From: an uncultured Clostridia bacterium
Lineage (GTDB): Bacteria > Bacillota > Clostridia > TANB77 > CAG-508
Reading direction: 5' to 3'
DNA length: 64,000 nt
Assembly: GCA_963558405.1 (NCBI GenBank)
Contig: CAUWGC010000010.1
Span: 9,690-73,689 of the forward strand
Shown here: piece by piece, positions 20,620 through 29,775 of the stretch
How the letters are laid out: each line of letters begins with the position of its first letter
Numbering within the stretch: position 1 is the first letter of the stretch
The notes under the pieces: model-generated
Seen by the model: the letters and a program-made list of their open reading frames with translations, nothing else
Databases searched by the model: none
What the model was told of the DNA's origin: nothing
Translations under genes and position numbers: made by a program

Positions 20620-22965
20620 TTTACCACTATTTGGATTACCACGTTTTAAATCAAATACAATTCCATCACCTGAATTTAAATTGAAAATTGTATCATCATT
20701 ATCAGTTCTGATAGGATCAATATCTCCTCTTTCGTCAACATGAAAACTAGACTTTATTAATTTTTCTTTTCTTTTTTTAGGTTTAGAATCTTCAACAATT
20801 CCTTTTGTGAATTTATTAAAATTAAATTCTTTCATTTCTTGTGGTTCTTTATATTTTTGTGATAGGAAATCTAATTTTCCTTCACCAATATTATTTTTTC
20901 CAGATACTGTTCTTGTTTTATAAGCACATGCTTTAAATTTAAGAGACTGAATTTTACCAGCTTTAAAGTTAGATGTCCATCCCCATTTAATACCACCAAG
21001 AGTAGGATCATATCCTGCTTGTTTATCTTTAGTTGCTTTAGTATTATAGTTGTTATTATATTGCCATTCACGTTTTTCGCCCATTTCTTTTGCCCACCAT
21101 TCATTATCTTCTGGACTATTGTTTCCAAATACAACTTTTGTCATACAGTTAGAAGTAATTGTATTACGGAATTTTGAACCGTTACTTTCTAATTGATCTA
21201 GATTTTGAGCAGATATTATAGTTCCTACTTTGTATTTACGATATACAGTAAATATAGCCTCAGTTGCATTACATATAAAATCGGAAAATTCATCTATATA
21301 TAGAAAATGTGGAATTCTAGTCTTTTCATTGCCTGGTCTACGAAGTACAGAATATTGCATTAAAAGAATAAAGAATAATCCAAATGCTTTATGTGCAGCA
21401 GCACCTAAATCACCTCTTCTTGTACATACAAGTGTAATATCACCATTTGCTAATATAGAATCATAATTTAAATTGTTTGTTCTATTACATAAAATATTTC
21501 TAACACCACTATAACGCAATAAGTTATCTAATTGAGAAACTGCAGAATATACAAACTTTTCAGTATCTTTTCTACCTGGTGCTTCAGAATAAAAATTCTT
21601 TTTAAAATATCCAAGGAGCATTTCATATTTTTCTGATAATTCTTCGTCTTGCTCTAGTTCAATACACATTTCTTCTACTAAATCAAAATTATTTAACATT
21701 TTTAATAAATCTTCAAGATTTGGTAACATTCCATCATGCAATCTTGGATACATTTCTTTTAAAAGAATACATAAGTTTTCAATTGCTTGCGCAGCAACAT
21801 TTTCTCTAAAAGCTACTTCAATATCTCTATTTGTAGTAAAGTACATTCCTTTTAGTACTGAAGAAATAGCAATTGCTGTTTGTGCAGGATCTTCATAAAT
21901 AAAAGGGTTAAGTCCAGGTGAATTTGGATTAGCAGGATCTATTAAATTTACTTTTAATCCAAAATTTTTAGCTACATCTAACATATGTGAAGTAGATTCA
22001 TAATCAGGAGAGATTGCTGTAATACCTAAGTTTTTATAAGTAAATTTAGAATCGCTATTACTTAAAATCATATTTTTCATGTATGCTTTATATAAAGCAA
22101 GTTTGTTAGGATTTGGTAATAACATATCTAAAGAAAAATTTTTATTTAAATATTCATTATCATAAGGTAGGTTTAATGTTGCTAGACCTGTTTTTAAAGC
22201 TGTATATCCCATTTCTTTAGATACTTCGCGGAAGAAAAATTTCTTTTCCATATCTCTTGCAATCATAGGTTCAAAAATTAAAGATGTCTTTCCAGATCCA
22301 GAAGTTCCAACTACAAGCATTTGATTAAATCTTTGATTCTCCGGAATTGTAACAGGTTTTCCATATTCTTTTTCTTTACAAAGATATATTTCACAAGTAT
22401 AAGGTCCTAATCCTTGTTTTTTATCAGATAAATCTAATCCTCCATAATCAAAAATGGAATCTCTTAAATCTTTTGAATCGTTAATTCCAGTATATAGCCA
22501 TTTAAAAAATGGATAAACTGTTACCATAGGTAGATATATTGCTATTCCTATAAAAGCTGGTCTAATTAACTCTGAAAAGTTTTGTACAATATAACTATAA
22601 TTTGGAACAGATAAAAATCCTATCCATAGAAATTCATTTAGCCATTGCATAAACATAGATAAACCAATAATATATAAAGAAATACAATATAGATAGAAAA
22701 ATGAAAGTTTTATTCTATCAGATGTAACATACTTGGAAGCAAAGCAAAATAAAAATGCAAATACTGGACAAGCAAGTGCTAAAGTATATTTTATTGGCCC
22801 CCAATATGTAAGAGACATCCCTGTAAAACATAAAAATAATATTTCAACTAAGCGATCTATAACTAAGTAGGTAGTAATAAGTGTTAACACAAAAGTTAAA
22901 AAAGTATTTCTATCTGTTTTTAAAAATTTCAAAAATTTATCAATATATTTCAATGGTTTCACCAC
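20617..22965 (-). CDS. VirD4/TraD-like coupling-protein ATPase with N-terminal TM domain
   Basis: About 4 TM helices, Walker A GTSGSGKT, LNPF, Walker B LYIDEF, RKYKVGTIISAQNLDQL. Confidence 0.8.
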   Translation of the reverse strand: MVKPLKYIDKFLKFLKTDRNTFLTFVLTLITTYLVIDRLVEILFLCFTGMSLTYWGPIKYTLALACPVFAFLFCFASKYVTSDRIKLSFFYLYCISLYIIGLSMFMQWLNEFLWIGFLSVPNYSYIVQNFSELIRPAFIGIAIYLPMVTVYPFFKWLYTGINDSKDLRDSIFDYGGLDLSDKKQGLGPYTCEIYLCKEKEYGKPVTIPENQRFNQMLVVGTSGSGKTSLIFEPMIARDMEKKFFFREVSKEMGYTALKTGLATLNLPYDNEYLNKNFSLDMLLPNPNKLALYKAYMKNMILSNSDSKFTYKNLGITAISPDYESTSHMLDVAKNFGLKVNLIDPANPNSPGLNPFIYEDPAQTAIAISSVLKGMYFTTNRDIEVAFRENVAAQAIENLCILLKEMYPRLHDGMLPNLEDLLKMLNNFDLVEEMCIELEQDEELSEKYEMLLGYFKKNFYSEAPGRKDTEKFVYSAVSQLDNLLRYSGVRNILCNRTNNLNYDSILANGDITLVCTRRGDLGAAAHKAFGLFFILLMQYSVLRRPGNEKTRIPHFLYIDEFSDFICNATEAIFTVYRKYKVGTIISAQNLDQLESNGSKFRNTITSNCMTKVVFGNNSPEDNEWWAKEMGEKREWQYNNNYNTKATKDKQAGYDPTLGGIKWGWTSNFKAGKIQSLKFKACAYKTRTVSGKNNIGEGKLDFLSQKYKEPQEMKEFNFNKFTKGIVEDSKPKKRKEKLIKSSFHVDERGDIDPIRTDNDDTIFNLNSGDGIVFDLKRGNPNSGK

Positions 22966-23177
22966 TTTCTTTTAATTAAACATATACATATATATTATCC
23001 TATAAATTAAGGAAAAAAACAATAGTTTATTACAAAATACTTGGTAAAAATTTATAAAAAAAGACTTGAAACTTATTATAATTATTAATATAATAAGAAA
23101 AACTTTAAAATAAGGAATAAAATATAAAAATAAGTATAAATTTAAACAAAGAAGAACGTTAGGAAGAAGGTAATAAT

Positions 23178-24839
23178 TTGAAAGGAAGACACGCAAAAAC
23201 AAGAAAAGACAAGATAAAACATAAAGAAAGTTTTATGCAAGGGGTTTTGGCCCTCATGTTTTCACAAGTATTAATAAAACTATTAGGATTAATATATAAA
23301 CTATATCTTACTAATAAAGAGGGATTTGGAGATGCAGGAAATGCAATTTATAGTAGTGGTTTTCAAATTTATGCATTGCTTTTAACATTATCATCTATAG
23401 GTGTTCCAAATGCTATATCAAAATTAGTATCAGAAAGAGAATCTTTAGGTGATCATAAAGGAGCTCATAGAATATTTAAAATTGCATTTGTATTATTTGC
23501 ATTTATTGGACTAATTGGAACTTTATTATTATTCTTTGGAGCAAAGCATATTGCATATAATTGGTTGGAAATACCAGAAGCAGAGTTAACATTGGTTGCA
23601 TTATCACCATCCATATTCTTTGTGGCAGTAGCTTCTGTTATTAGAGGATACTTTAGTGGTAGAGAAAATTTAAAAGTAACCGCAAATTCACAAACGTTAG
23701 AACAAATATTTAAAACATTTTTAACAATCTTAGTTGTAGAAATTGTAGCAATGTTATCAAATGTAAATACAGTATTTATGGCAGCTGGAGCAACACTTGC
23801 AACAACACTTGCAACATTTTTAAGTTTTGGATATTTATATTTATATTATACTTCAGAGAAAAAAGAAATTAGAGAAGAAATAAGAAAGACAACTGTTAAA
23901 AGAAGATCTTCAGCTCTTTCAATAGTAAAAAAAATATTAATGGTTTCTATTCCTATTTCTTTAAGTTCTATAATGTCTTCTATTAATAAAAACATAGATT
24001 CATTTACTGTTGTATCAGGATTAAAAAATTTTATGTCTGCAGAAGATGCAATGGTACAATATGGAATATTAGGTGGAAAAATAGATACACTTACTTCACT
24101 TCCTTTATCTTTTAATATTGCTTTTGCTACAGCATTAGTACCTGCCATTGCATCTGCAATGACTAAAAAAGATATGGGGACAGCTCAAAAAAGGTTATCT
24201 TTTTCTTTATTAGTAACAATGCTTATAGGATTGCCTTGCACAATTGGAATGGCAATATTTGCAAAACCTATCTTGGAATTATTATTCCCAAATGCAACAG
24301 CAGGTGCAGTATTACTTCAAATTAGCAGTTTTACTATTATATTTACAGTATTAGAACAAACAATTAATGGGGCGTTACAAGGATTAGGTAAAGTAATGGT
24401 TCCAGCTATTGCTTTAGGTATAGGAGTATTAGCTAAACTGGTATGTAATTTGGTATTAGTACCAATTCCACAAATAGGTGCAGCAGGCGCAGCAATAGGA
24501 TCAGTAGTATGTCATATGGTAGCATGTACTATTGTATTTATAGTGATAAGAAGAAGTATAAAATTAAAATTAGGATTTTCTAAATTTATTATAAAGCCAA
24601 TAATAGCAACAACAATGATGGGAATTTGTTCTTATGCAATATATTTTGTATTAACAGGTATATTACCAGGAAGATTGGTAACAATAATAGCATTATCTAC
24701 AGCAGTTATTATATATGTATTAGCACTTATCGCATTAAAAATACTTACAAAAGAAGAAATTTACATGATACCTTATGGACAAAAAATATATGCAGTATTA
24801 ACTAAAATGGGACTATACAAAGAACAAGAAAAGGCTTAA
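23178..24839 (+). CDS. MOP-superfamily flippase (SpoVB/MurJ-like polysaccharide biosynthesis protein)
   Basis: KLLGLIY, GVPNAISKLVSE, RGYF and SQTLEQ motifs; many TM segments. Confidence 0.88.
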   Translation: MKGRHAKTRKDKIKHKESFMQGVLALMFSQVLIKLLGLIYKLYLTNKEGFGDAGNAIYSSGFQIYALLLTLSSIGVPNAISKLVSERESLGDHKGAHRIFKIAFVLFAFIGLIGTLLLFFGAKHIAYNWLEIPEAELTLVALSPSIFFVAVASVIRGYFSGRENLKVTANSQTLEQIFKTFLTILVVEIVAMLSNVNTVFMAAGATLATTLATFLSFGYLYLYYTSEKKEIREEIRKTTVKRRSSALSIVKKILMVSIPISLSSIMSSINKNIDSFTVVSGLKNFMSAEDAMVQYGILGGKIDTLTSLPLSFNIAFATALVPAIASAMTKKDMGTAQKRLSFSLLVTMLIGLPCTIGMAIFAKPILELLFPNATAGAVLLQISSFTIIFTVLEQTINGALQGLGKVMVPAIALGIGVLAKLVCNLVLVPIPQIGAAGAAIGSVVCHMVACTIVFIVIRRSIKLKLGFSKFIIKPIIATTMMGICSYAIYFVLTGILPGRLVTIIALSTAVIIYVLALIALKILTKEEIYMIPYGQKIYAVLTKMGLYKEQEKA

Positions 24840-24937
24840 AATATACTGTTACAGCCAATTTCTAAAAAAGAATAAAAGCAAAAAATTGACAATCCTTAGA
24901 GCATCAAGACTTTCTAAAATAAAAATTAATAAAAAAA

Positions 24938-24964
24938 GAAGGATTTTAGCGAAGTTTGGCGAAT
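24938..24964 (+). promoter_or_regulatory. SigH-type promoter for hup
   Basis: GAAGGATTT-11-GGCGAAT matches the SigH consensus RNAGGAWWW-N11/12-RNNGAAT. Confidence 0.65.
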
Positions 24965-25023
24965 AATTGTAATAGTAGATAATATTTGTAAATCTACATA
25001 CGATCTTATAGGAGGTAATTTAA

Positions 25024-25302
25024 ATGAACAAATCTGAATTAATCGCGGCTATCGCAGCTAAAACAGGAGAAACAAAAAAAAGTGCTGAAGCAACAGTTAA
25101 TGCATTTATCGAAACAGTAACTGAAGCTTTAACAAAAGGTGACAAAGTTCAATTAGTAGGATTCGGATCTTTCGAAGTAAGAAAAAGAGCTGCTAGAAAA
25201 GGAAGAAACCCACAAACTAAAGAAGAAATTAAAATACCAGCATCAAAAGCTCCAGTTTTCAAAGCTGGAAAAGCTTTAAAAGATTTAGTAAATGAAAAAT
25301 AA
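25024..25302 (+). CDS. hup: DNA-binding protein HU
   Basis: [22 protein letters not shown]. Confidence 0.98.
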   Translation: MNKSELIAAIAAKTGETKKSAEATVNAFIETVTEALTKGDKVQLVGFGSFEVRKRAARKGRNPQTKEEIKIPASKAPVFKAGKALKDLVNEK

Positions 25303-25412
25303 GATTTATATAGATTTTAAATAAAAATATATGAATTCATATAAAACACACAGATATAGGCTGTGTGTTTTTCAATTATTATAAAAATTATCATAAAAAT
25401 TATCAAAAAGTA

Positions 25413-25442
25413 TTGACAAATGTTTTATATTAGTAGTATAAT
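25413..25442 (+). promoter_or_regulatory. SigA promoter for tRNA-Leu
   Basis: TTGACA-18-TATAAT. Confidence 0.7.
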
Positions 25443-25464
25443 CCTTATTGTCAGTTCAAGAAAT

Positions 25465-25553
25465 GCAGATGTGGCGGAACTGGCAGACGCACAGGACTTA
25501 AAATCCTGCGGTACTTAAATACCGTGCCGGTTCGATTCCGGCCATCTGCACCA
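25465..25553 (+). tRNA. tRNA-Leu (anticodon TAA)
   Basis: GCAGATG acceptor stem, CAGGA-CTTAAAA-TCCTG anticodon arm, long variable arm, GGTTCGATTCC T-arm and encoded CCA. Confidence 0.97.
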
Positions 25554-25773
25554 ATAATTTATCTGTTCGAACTAATAGAACAGAGTTGATACAAAATCAA
25601 TCAGAAAATAAAATCTGGTTGATTTTTTGTTGCTTTAAAATAATATTAAAATCATCCAAACGAAAGGATGATTTTAAAATGAAGATAATTAAGCAAGAAT
25701 TACATATAAAACATTCAAATATTAGAGACAACACAGACTCCAGTCAAACTGGAGTCTGCGTTCTTACGGTACA

Positions 25774-26061
25774 TTATTCCGATATAGTTTTATATGTTAC
25801 AATATAAAACTCATCAGAGCCATACGCTCCTGTTCCATGAAGGCTGGTAGATATATCAACTATTTCATATTTTGTTTCATCGAAGTTTTCGAGAAAACTC
25901 AGATACTCTTGAACATCTTGTGTGCGAAACAAAAAATAGCTGCCTATCGATGTCTGCGTTGTTTCAATGTGAATAGTTTCAGATTTCTCTGTTAAGCAAC
26001 TAGATAACAACACAGCAACAATTAACATAGAACAGAATAATGCAATAATCCGTTTTTTCAT
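25774..26061 (-). CDS. Small ORFan lipoprotein
   Basis: Signal peptide with lipobox LSSC, GGAGG RBS, own TTGCTT-17-TATAAT promoter and downstream hairpin (25736-25758). In-frame CGG at codon 4. Confidence 0.75.
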   Translation of the reverse strand: MKKRIIALFCSMLIVAVLLSSCLTEKSETIHIETTQTSIGSYFLFRTQDVQEYLSFLENFDETKYEIVDISTSLHGTGAYGSDEFYIVTYKTISE

Positions 26062-26186
26062 ATTGATTCCTCCTTATAATTGTTCGGAGGTTTGCACCTC
26101 CGAAAGTTTAACTTTTCAAAGGTGCAACAACAATGTTACTATATCTTATATTATACAGCATTTTACAAAAAAAGCAAATTTTAAAA

Positions 26187-26511
26187 TATGAGTAAAATTT
26201 TTTGTAGCAAAATTGAATAAAAAATAAGACTAGTCACAAAAGACTAGCCAAACACAAATACCTTTGTGTATAATTTGGTTGAAAACGATCAAAAATACAG
26301 GAGGTATTTTAATGTTTGAAAATATTTTAACAAAAGAATCAGTAAATTTCAAGGATTTAGAAGAAATTGCTTTTAAAATATTTAAATTTAATAGTATTAA
26401 TCATAAAAATAAAAAATATTAATATATAAATAATTTTAATTCTAACAAAATTATTTATAAGAGTCTAGAAATATTGAAATTTTAGTAAATTCACAAAATT
26501 AAAAACTCATA
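26187..26511 (+). mobile_element. Probable internally deleted IS remnant (ISLre2-like)
   Basis: Imperfect terminal IRs (TATGAGT.....TTTTGT / ACAAAA.....ACTCATA). RBS plus 36-codon ORF 26312-26422 beginning MFENILTKESVNFKDLEEIAFK. Confidence 0.4.
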
Positions 26512-26587
26512 CAATACTAAACTATGACTTGTTTTCTTATTTACATATGCTATAATACAATATATTGTGTTTAAGGGAATGAATAAA

Positions 26588-27169
26588 ATGAATATAGAAA
26601 ATATTAAAAATAGCAAAACTAAATTTACAGGAAAACAAATCTATTATTATAAAGAAATTGAATCTACACAAATAGAGGCTAAAAGAATTGCACAAAATTC
26701 TAAAGTGAATAATGGGACTATAATAATTGCGGAATCACAAACAAAAGCCATGGGGACAAATAAAAGAAAGTGGCATACAGGAATGGGTAAAAATTTGGCA
26801 TTTACAATTATATATTATCCTACATGTTTACCAGAAGAATTAAAAAGCATTACAGTAGAAATAGCAGAAGCAATGGTTGAGACTATTTATGAATTATACA
26901 AAATAAGATTAAATATCAAAGAACCTAATGACCTCATGTTAAATGGTAAAAAAATTGGAGGAATTTTAACTCAAACTAGTATTGTTTCAAATCACATTAA
27001 TTATTTATTAATAGGCGTAGGTTTTAATATAAAAGAAGATAATTTTCCAATAGAACTTAAAGAAATTGCTACTTCTTTAGTAATAGAACATAAAGGAGAT
27101 TATTCAAGAGAAAAAATACTATATACATTTTTAGAAAATTTAGAAGAAAAAATAAATTATATATTCTAG
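26588..27169 (+). CDS. birA: Biotin--[acetyl-CoA-carboxylase] ligase, catalytic domain only
   Basis: IEST, AESQT, KEPND, KKIGGIL, IGVGFN, ATSL; no HTH domain. Confidence 0.88.
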   Translation: MNIENIKNSKTKFTGKQIYYYKEIESTQIEAKRIAQNSKVNNGTIIIAESQTKAMGTNKRKWHTGMGKNLAFTIIYYPTCLPEELKSITVEIAEAMVETIYELYKIRLNIKEPNDLMLNGKKIGGILTQTSIVSNHINYLLIGVGFNIKEDNFPIELKEIATSLVIEHKGDYSREKILYTFLENLEEKINYIF

Positions 27170-27328
27170 GTATTTTATAAGAAAGGAGAAATTTAAAACA
27201 ATATAAGTAAAACAAACATAGAATCTAAAATTTAATAAAGTAGTATAAATTTTACTGTTTCCGCCAAAACGGATAATATCTGTGTTTAAATAAAATAAAA
27301 TATGTACATACTAAAACTGGTGGGTAAT

Positions 27329-27529
27329 ATGCATATAGAAATTTTATTAAAACAGGTAAGGGAAAATAAATGTTTAACTCTTTCTCAATTGTCTACTAAA
27401 ACAGGAATATCTAAAACACATATTAATGATGTAGAAAATAACTTAAAAAGTCCAAGTTTACTTATAATGGTAAAACTTGCAAAAGCATTAGATGTTAAAA
27501 TAACAGATTTATATAAAGTTATTTGGTAA
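27329..27529 (+). CDS. XRE-family HTH regulator
   Basis: LKQVRE...TLSQLS.KTGISKTHINDVE...PSL...KLAKALDV. Confidence 0.88.
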   Translation: MHIEILLKQVRENKCLTLSQLSTKTGISKTHINDVENNLKSPSLLIMVKLAKALDVKITDLYKVIW

Positions 27530-27560
27530 TGATAAAATTAAGATTATTAGGAGAGTACAA

Positions 27561-27815
27561 ATGAGAAACGAGAAAGAAAAAAGTAAAAATCTTTTTTACG
27601 GAAATGAAATAAATAAAAATATACAATATCATTATTATATAAGTATTATGCAATTAAAAAAATTATTAGATTCAAAGCAAAAAGTTACTTGTAAAGTATG
27701 GAATAAAATAGCAAAGGAAAATAAATATTTATCAACAGAATCTATGAAATATATATCAGGTAAAAATTTTGACGGTATTTGTAGAGATATAAAGAGGATT
27801 ATAGAAAAAATGTAG
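27561..27815 (+). CDS. Hypothetical protein
   Basis: AGGAG RBS; 84-aa basic ORF following the XRE gene. Confidence 0.6.
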   Translation: MRNEKEKSKNLFYGNEINKNIQYHYYISIMQLKKLLDSKQKVTCKVWNKIAKENKYLSTESMKYISGKNFDGICRDIKRIIEKM

Positions 27816-27914
27816 TCCTCTTTTAAATTTACACTAATTTATTGAAAAATAATACAATATTTAGTATAATAAAACAAATTAATTTTAATAAAATAAAAAG
27901 AAAGGGGGAATAGT

Positions 27915-28571
27915 ATGGAAGAAAATCAAAATCAAAATTTTATTACTAAAACTTTTTCATGGATGTTTTTAGGATTATTAGGAACAGCACTTGTCGCATG
28001 GTACACATATTCATCAGGATTATTTATAGAAATAGTATTTCAAGGTTATTTTAAAATGTTACTAATTGTTGAGCTAGCAGTTGTATTATTATTTTCATTT
28101 TTATTTAAAAAATTATCTCCAACATTCGTTGCAATACTGTACTTTATATATGCTATGGTAAATGGAGTTACTATGGCGGTAATATTTGCAGTATTTGAAT
28201 TATCTTCTGTAGTTTTATTATTCGTAGTTTCAGCATTGCTATTTGGTATAATGGCTTTTTACGGATATAAAACAGGAAAAGACCTAAGTAATTGGAGAAC
28301 ATTATTATTTGGAACTTTAATAGCTGGATTAGTAATTAGTTTAATAAATTTCTTTATAGGAAATACAATAATAGATGTAATTCTTGATTGGGTAATCTTA
28401 TTTGTATTTTTTGGAATAACAGCTTATGATATGAATAAGTTAAAAATGCTACAAGAATCAGATATAGTTGATAAAAGTAAATTACATATATATGGTGCAA
28501 TGGAATTATATTTAGATTTTATAAATATTTTCCTAAGAATACTATCTATATTTGGAAAAAGAAGAAATTAA
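27915..28571 (+). CDS. Bax inhibitor-1/YccA family membrane protein
   Basis: Seven TM segments, TAYD and ELYLDFINIFL motifs. Confidence 0.92.
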   Translation: MEENQNQNFITKTFSWMFLGLLGTALVAWYTYSSGLFIEIVFQGYFKMLLIVELAVVLLFSFLFKKLSPTFVAILYFIYAMVNGVTMAVIFAVFELSSVVLLFVVSALLFGIMAFYGYKTGKDLSNWRTLLFGTLIAGLVISLINFFIGNTIIDVILDWVILFVFFGITAYDMNKLKMLQESDIVDKSKLHIYGAMELYLDFINIFLRILSIFGKRRN

Positions 28572-28606
28572 ATAAAGAAGAAGTACTTATTATAGGTACT
28601 TCTTTT

Positions 28607-28731
28607 TTTATTGTATAGGAAAAATCGAAGATTTTGACTATACAACAAGGTTAATTTACCTTGATACGTGCAATAATTGCAAAGCAATTTTGCACATGTG
28701 GACGTCGAAAGCTTTGCTTTCGCTAACGTCC
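28607..28731. repeat. Dispersed 43-bp repeat followed by three hairpins (REP/MITE-like)
   Basis: 28607-28649 matches 59667-59709 at 38/43 positions. Hairpins at 28646-28663, 28668-28695 and 28700-28731. Confidence 0.6.
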
Positions 28732-28750
28732 AATTTTCTTATGCTTAAAA

Positions 28751-28764
28751 TCTGACCAGTCAGA
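28751..28764. promoter_or_regulatory. Palindromic operator candidate upstream of the fab operon
   Basis: Perfect inverted repeat TCTGAC-CA-GTCAGA. Confidence 0.45.
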
Positions 28765-28846
28765 CTAATAGTAATTAAAAAATTAGTGTAATAAAATAAA
28801 TAAAAAAATTTATGATTAGCATATAAATAAAAAACAAGAGGAAAAA

Positions 28847-29764
28847 ATGGGAAATATTCAAATAATAGGAACAGGAAGTTATCTTCCTAAAATAAAAGTA
28901 GAAAATGATGCATTAGAAGATAAATTAAATTTACCTAAAGGATATATTTATTCTAGATGTGGAATTTTAGAAAGAAGATACATAGAAAAAGAAACTTTAG
29001 TAGATATGTCTATAAATGCTACATTAAATTTAATTAAAAAGTACAATGTAGATTCTACCAAGATAGAGATGATTATTGTGGCAAGTACATCTAATAAAAA
29101 TCAAATGCCAGGTATATCTTATCAAGTGCAAAGTAATATAAAAAACAACAAATGTATTTGTCTAGATATATCAGCAGGATGTAGTGGATTTATTAATGCT
29201 TTAGATATTGCAAGATTATATATATTGCAAGGAATTGTATCAAATGCGCTAGTAATAGGAGTGGATATACTATCAAATATTACAAAGGAAATTGGAACAA
29301 AAATATTATTAGCAGATGGAGCAGGTGCAGTTTTTATAGAAAAAACAGAAAATAAAAAACAGTATTATAGTTATATAGAAAGTAATGGCACAGAAGGAAA
29401 TATATTAACTTATGAGATAGGAAATAATATACATATGGAAGGAAAAGAAATTTATCGTTATGCTGTTACCAAAACTGTAGAAAATGTTCAAGAGTTATTA
29501 AAAATTGCAAAAAAAACGATACATGATATAGATTATTTTATACCACATCAATCTAACAAAAAAATTATGGATTCTATTTCAAAAAGATTAGAAATAAAAC
29601 AAGATAAAATGATTTGTAATATAGAAAAAGTAGGAAATACTTTTTGTGCAAGTATTCCAATTGCATTAGACAATATTTTTGAAAATATAGAATCTGGGAA
29701 AAATATATTATTTTTAGGTTATGGTGGAGGTCTAAATACAGGCTCTATATTATTAGAAAAATAA
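28847..29764 (+). CDS. fabH: 3-oxoacyl-ACP synthase III
   Basis: GTGSYLP, AGCSGF, PHQSN, GNT, GYGGGL. Confidence 0.93.
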   Translation: MGNIQIIGTGSYLPKIKVENDALEDKLNLPKGYIYSRCGILERRYIEKETLVDMSINATLNLIKKYNVDSTKIEMIIVASTSNKNQMPGISYQVQSNIKNNKCICLDISAGCSGFINALDIARLYILQGIVSNALVIGVDILSNITKEIGTKILLADGAGAVFIEKTENKKQYYSYIESNGTEGNILTYEIGNNIHMEGKEIYRYAVTKTVENVQELLKIAKKTIHDIDYFIPHQSNKKIMDSISKRLEIKQDKMICNIEKVGNTFCASIPIALDNIFENIESGKNILFLGYGGGLNTGSILLEK

Positions 29765-29775
29765 GGAGAAAAGAA

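Noticed and set aside
25465-25553. tRNA-Leu as a frameshift-suppressor tRNA
   Set aside because: It has a normal 7-nt anticodon loop (CTTAAAA) and reads UUA, unrelated to CGGN.
25586-25807. 73-aa + strand ORF after the tRNA
   Set aside because: It runs through stacked terminator hairpins, has no RBS and overlaps the lipoprotein gene on the opposite strand.
19635-27815. Integrated conjugative element or prophage ending at tRNA-Leu
   Set aside because: No integrase, att duplication or structural genes are present, and core genes (flippase, hup) intervene.
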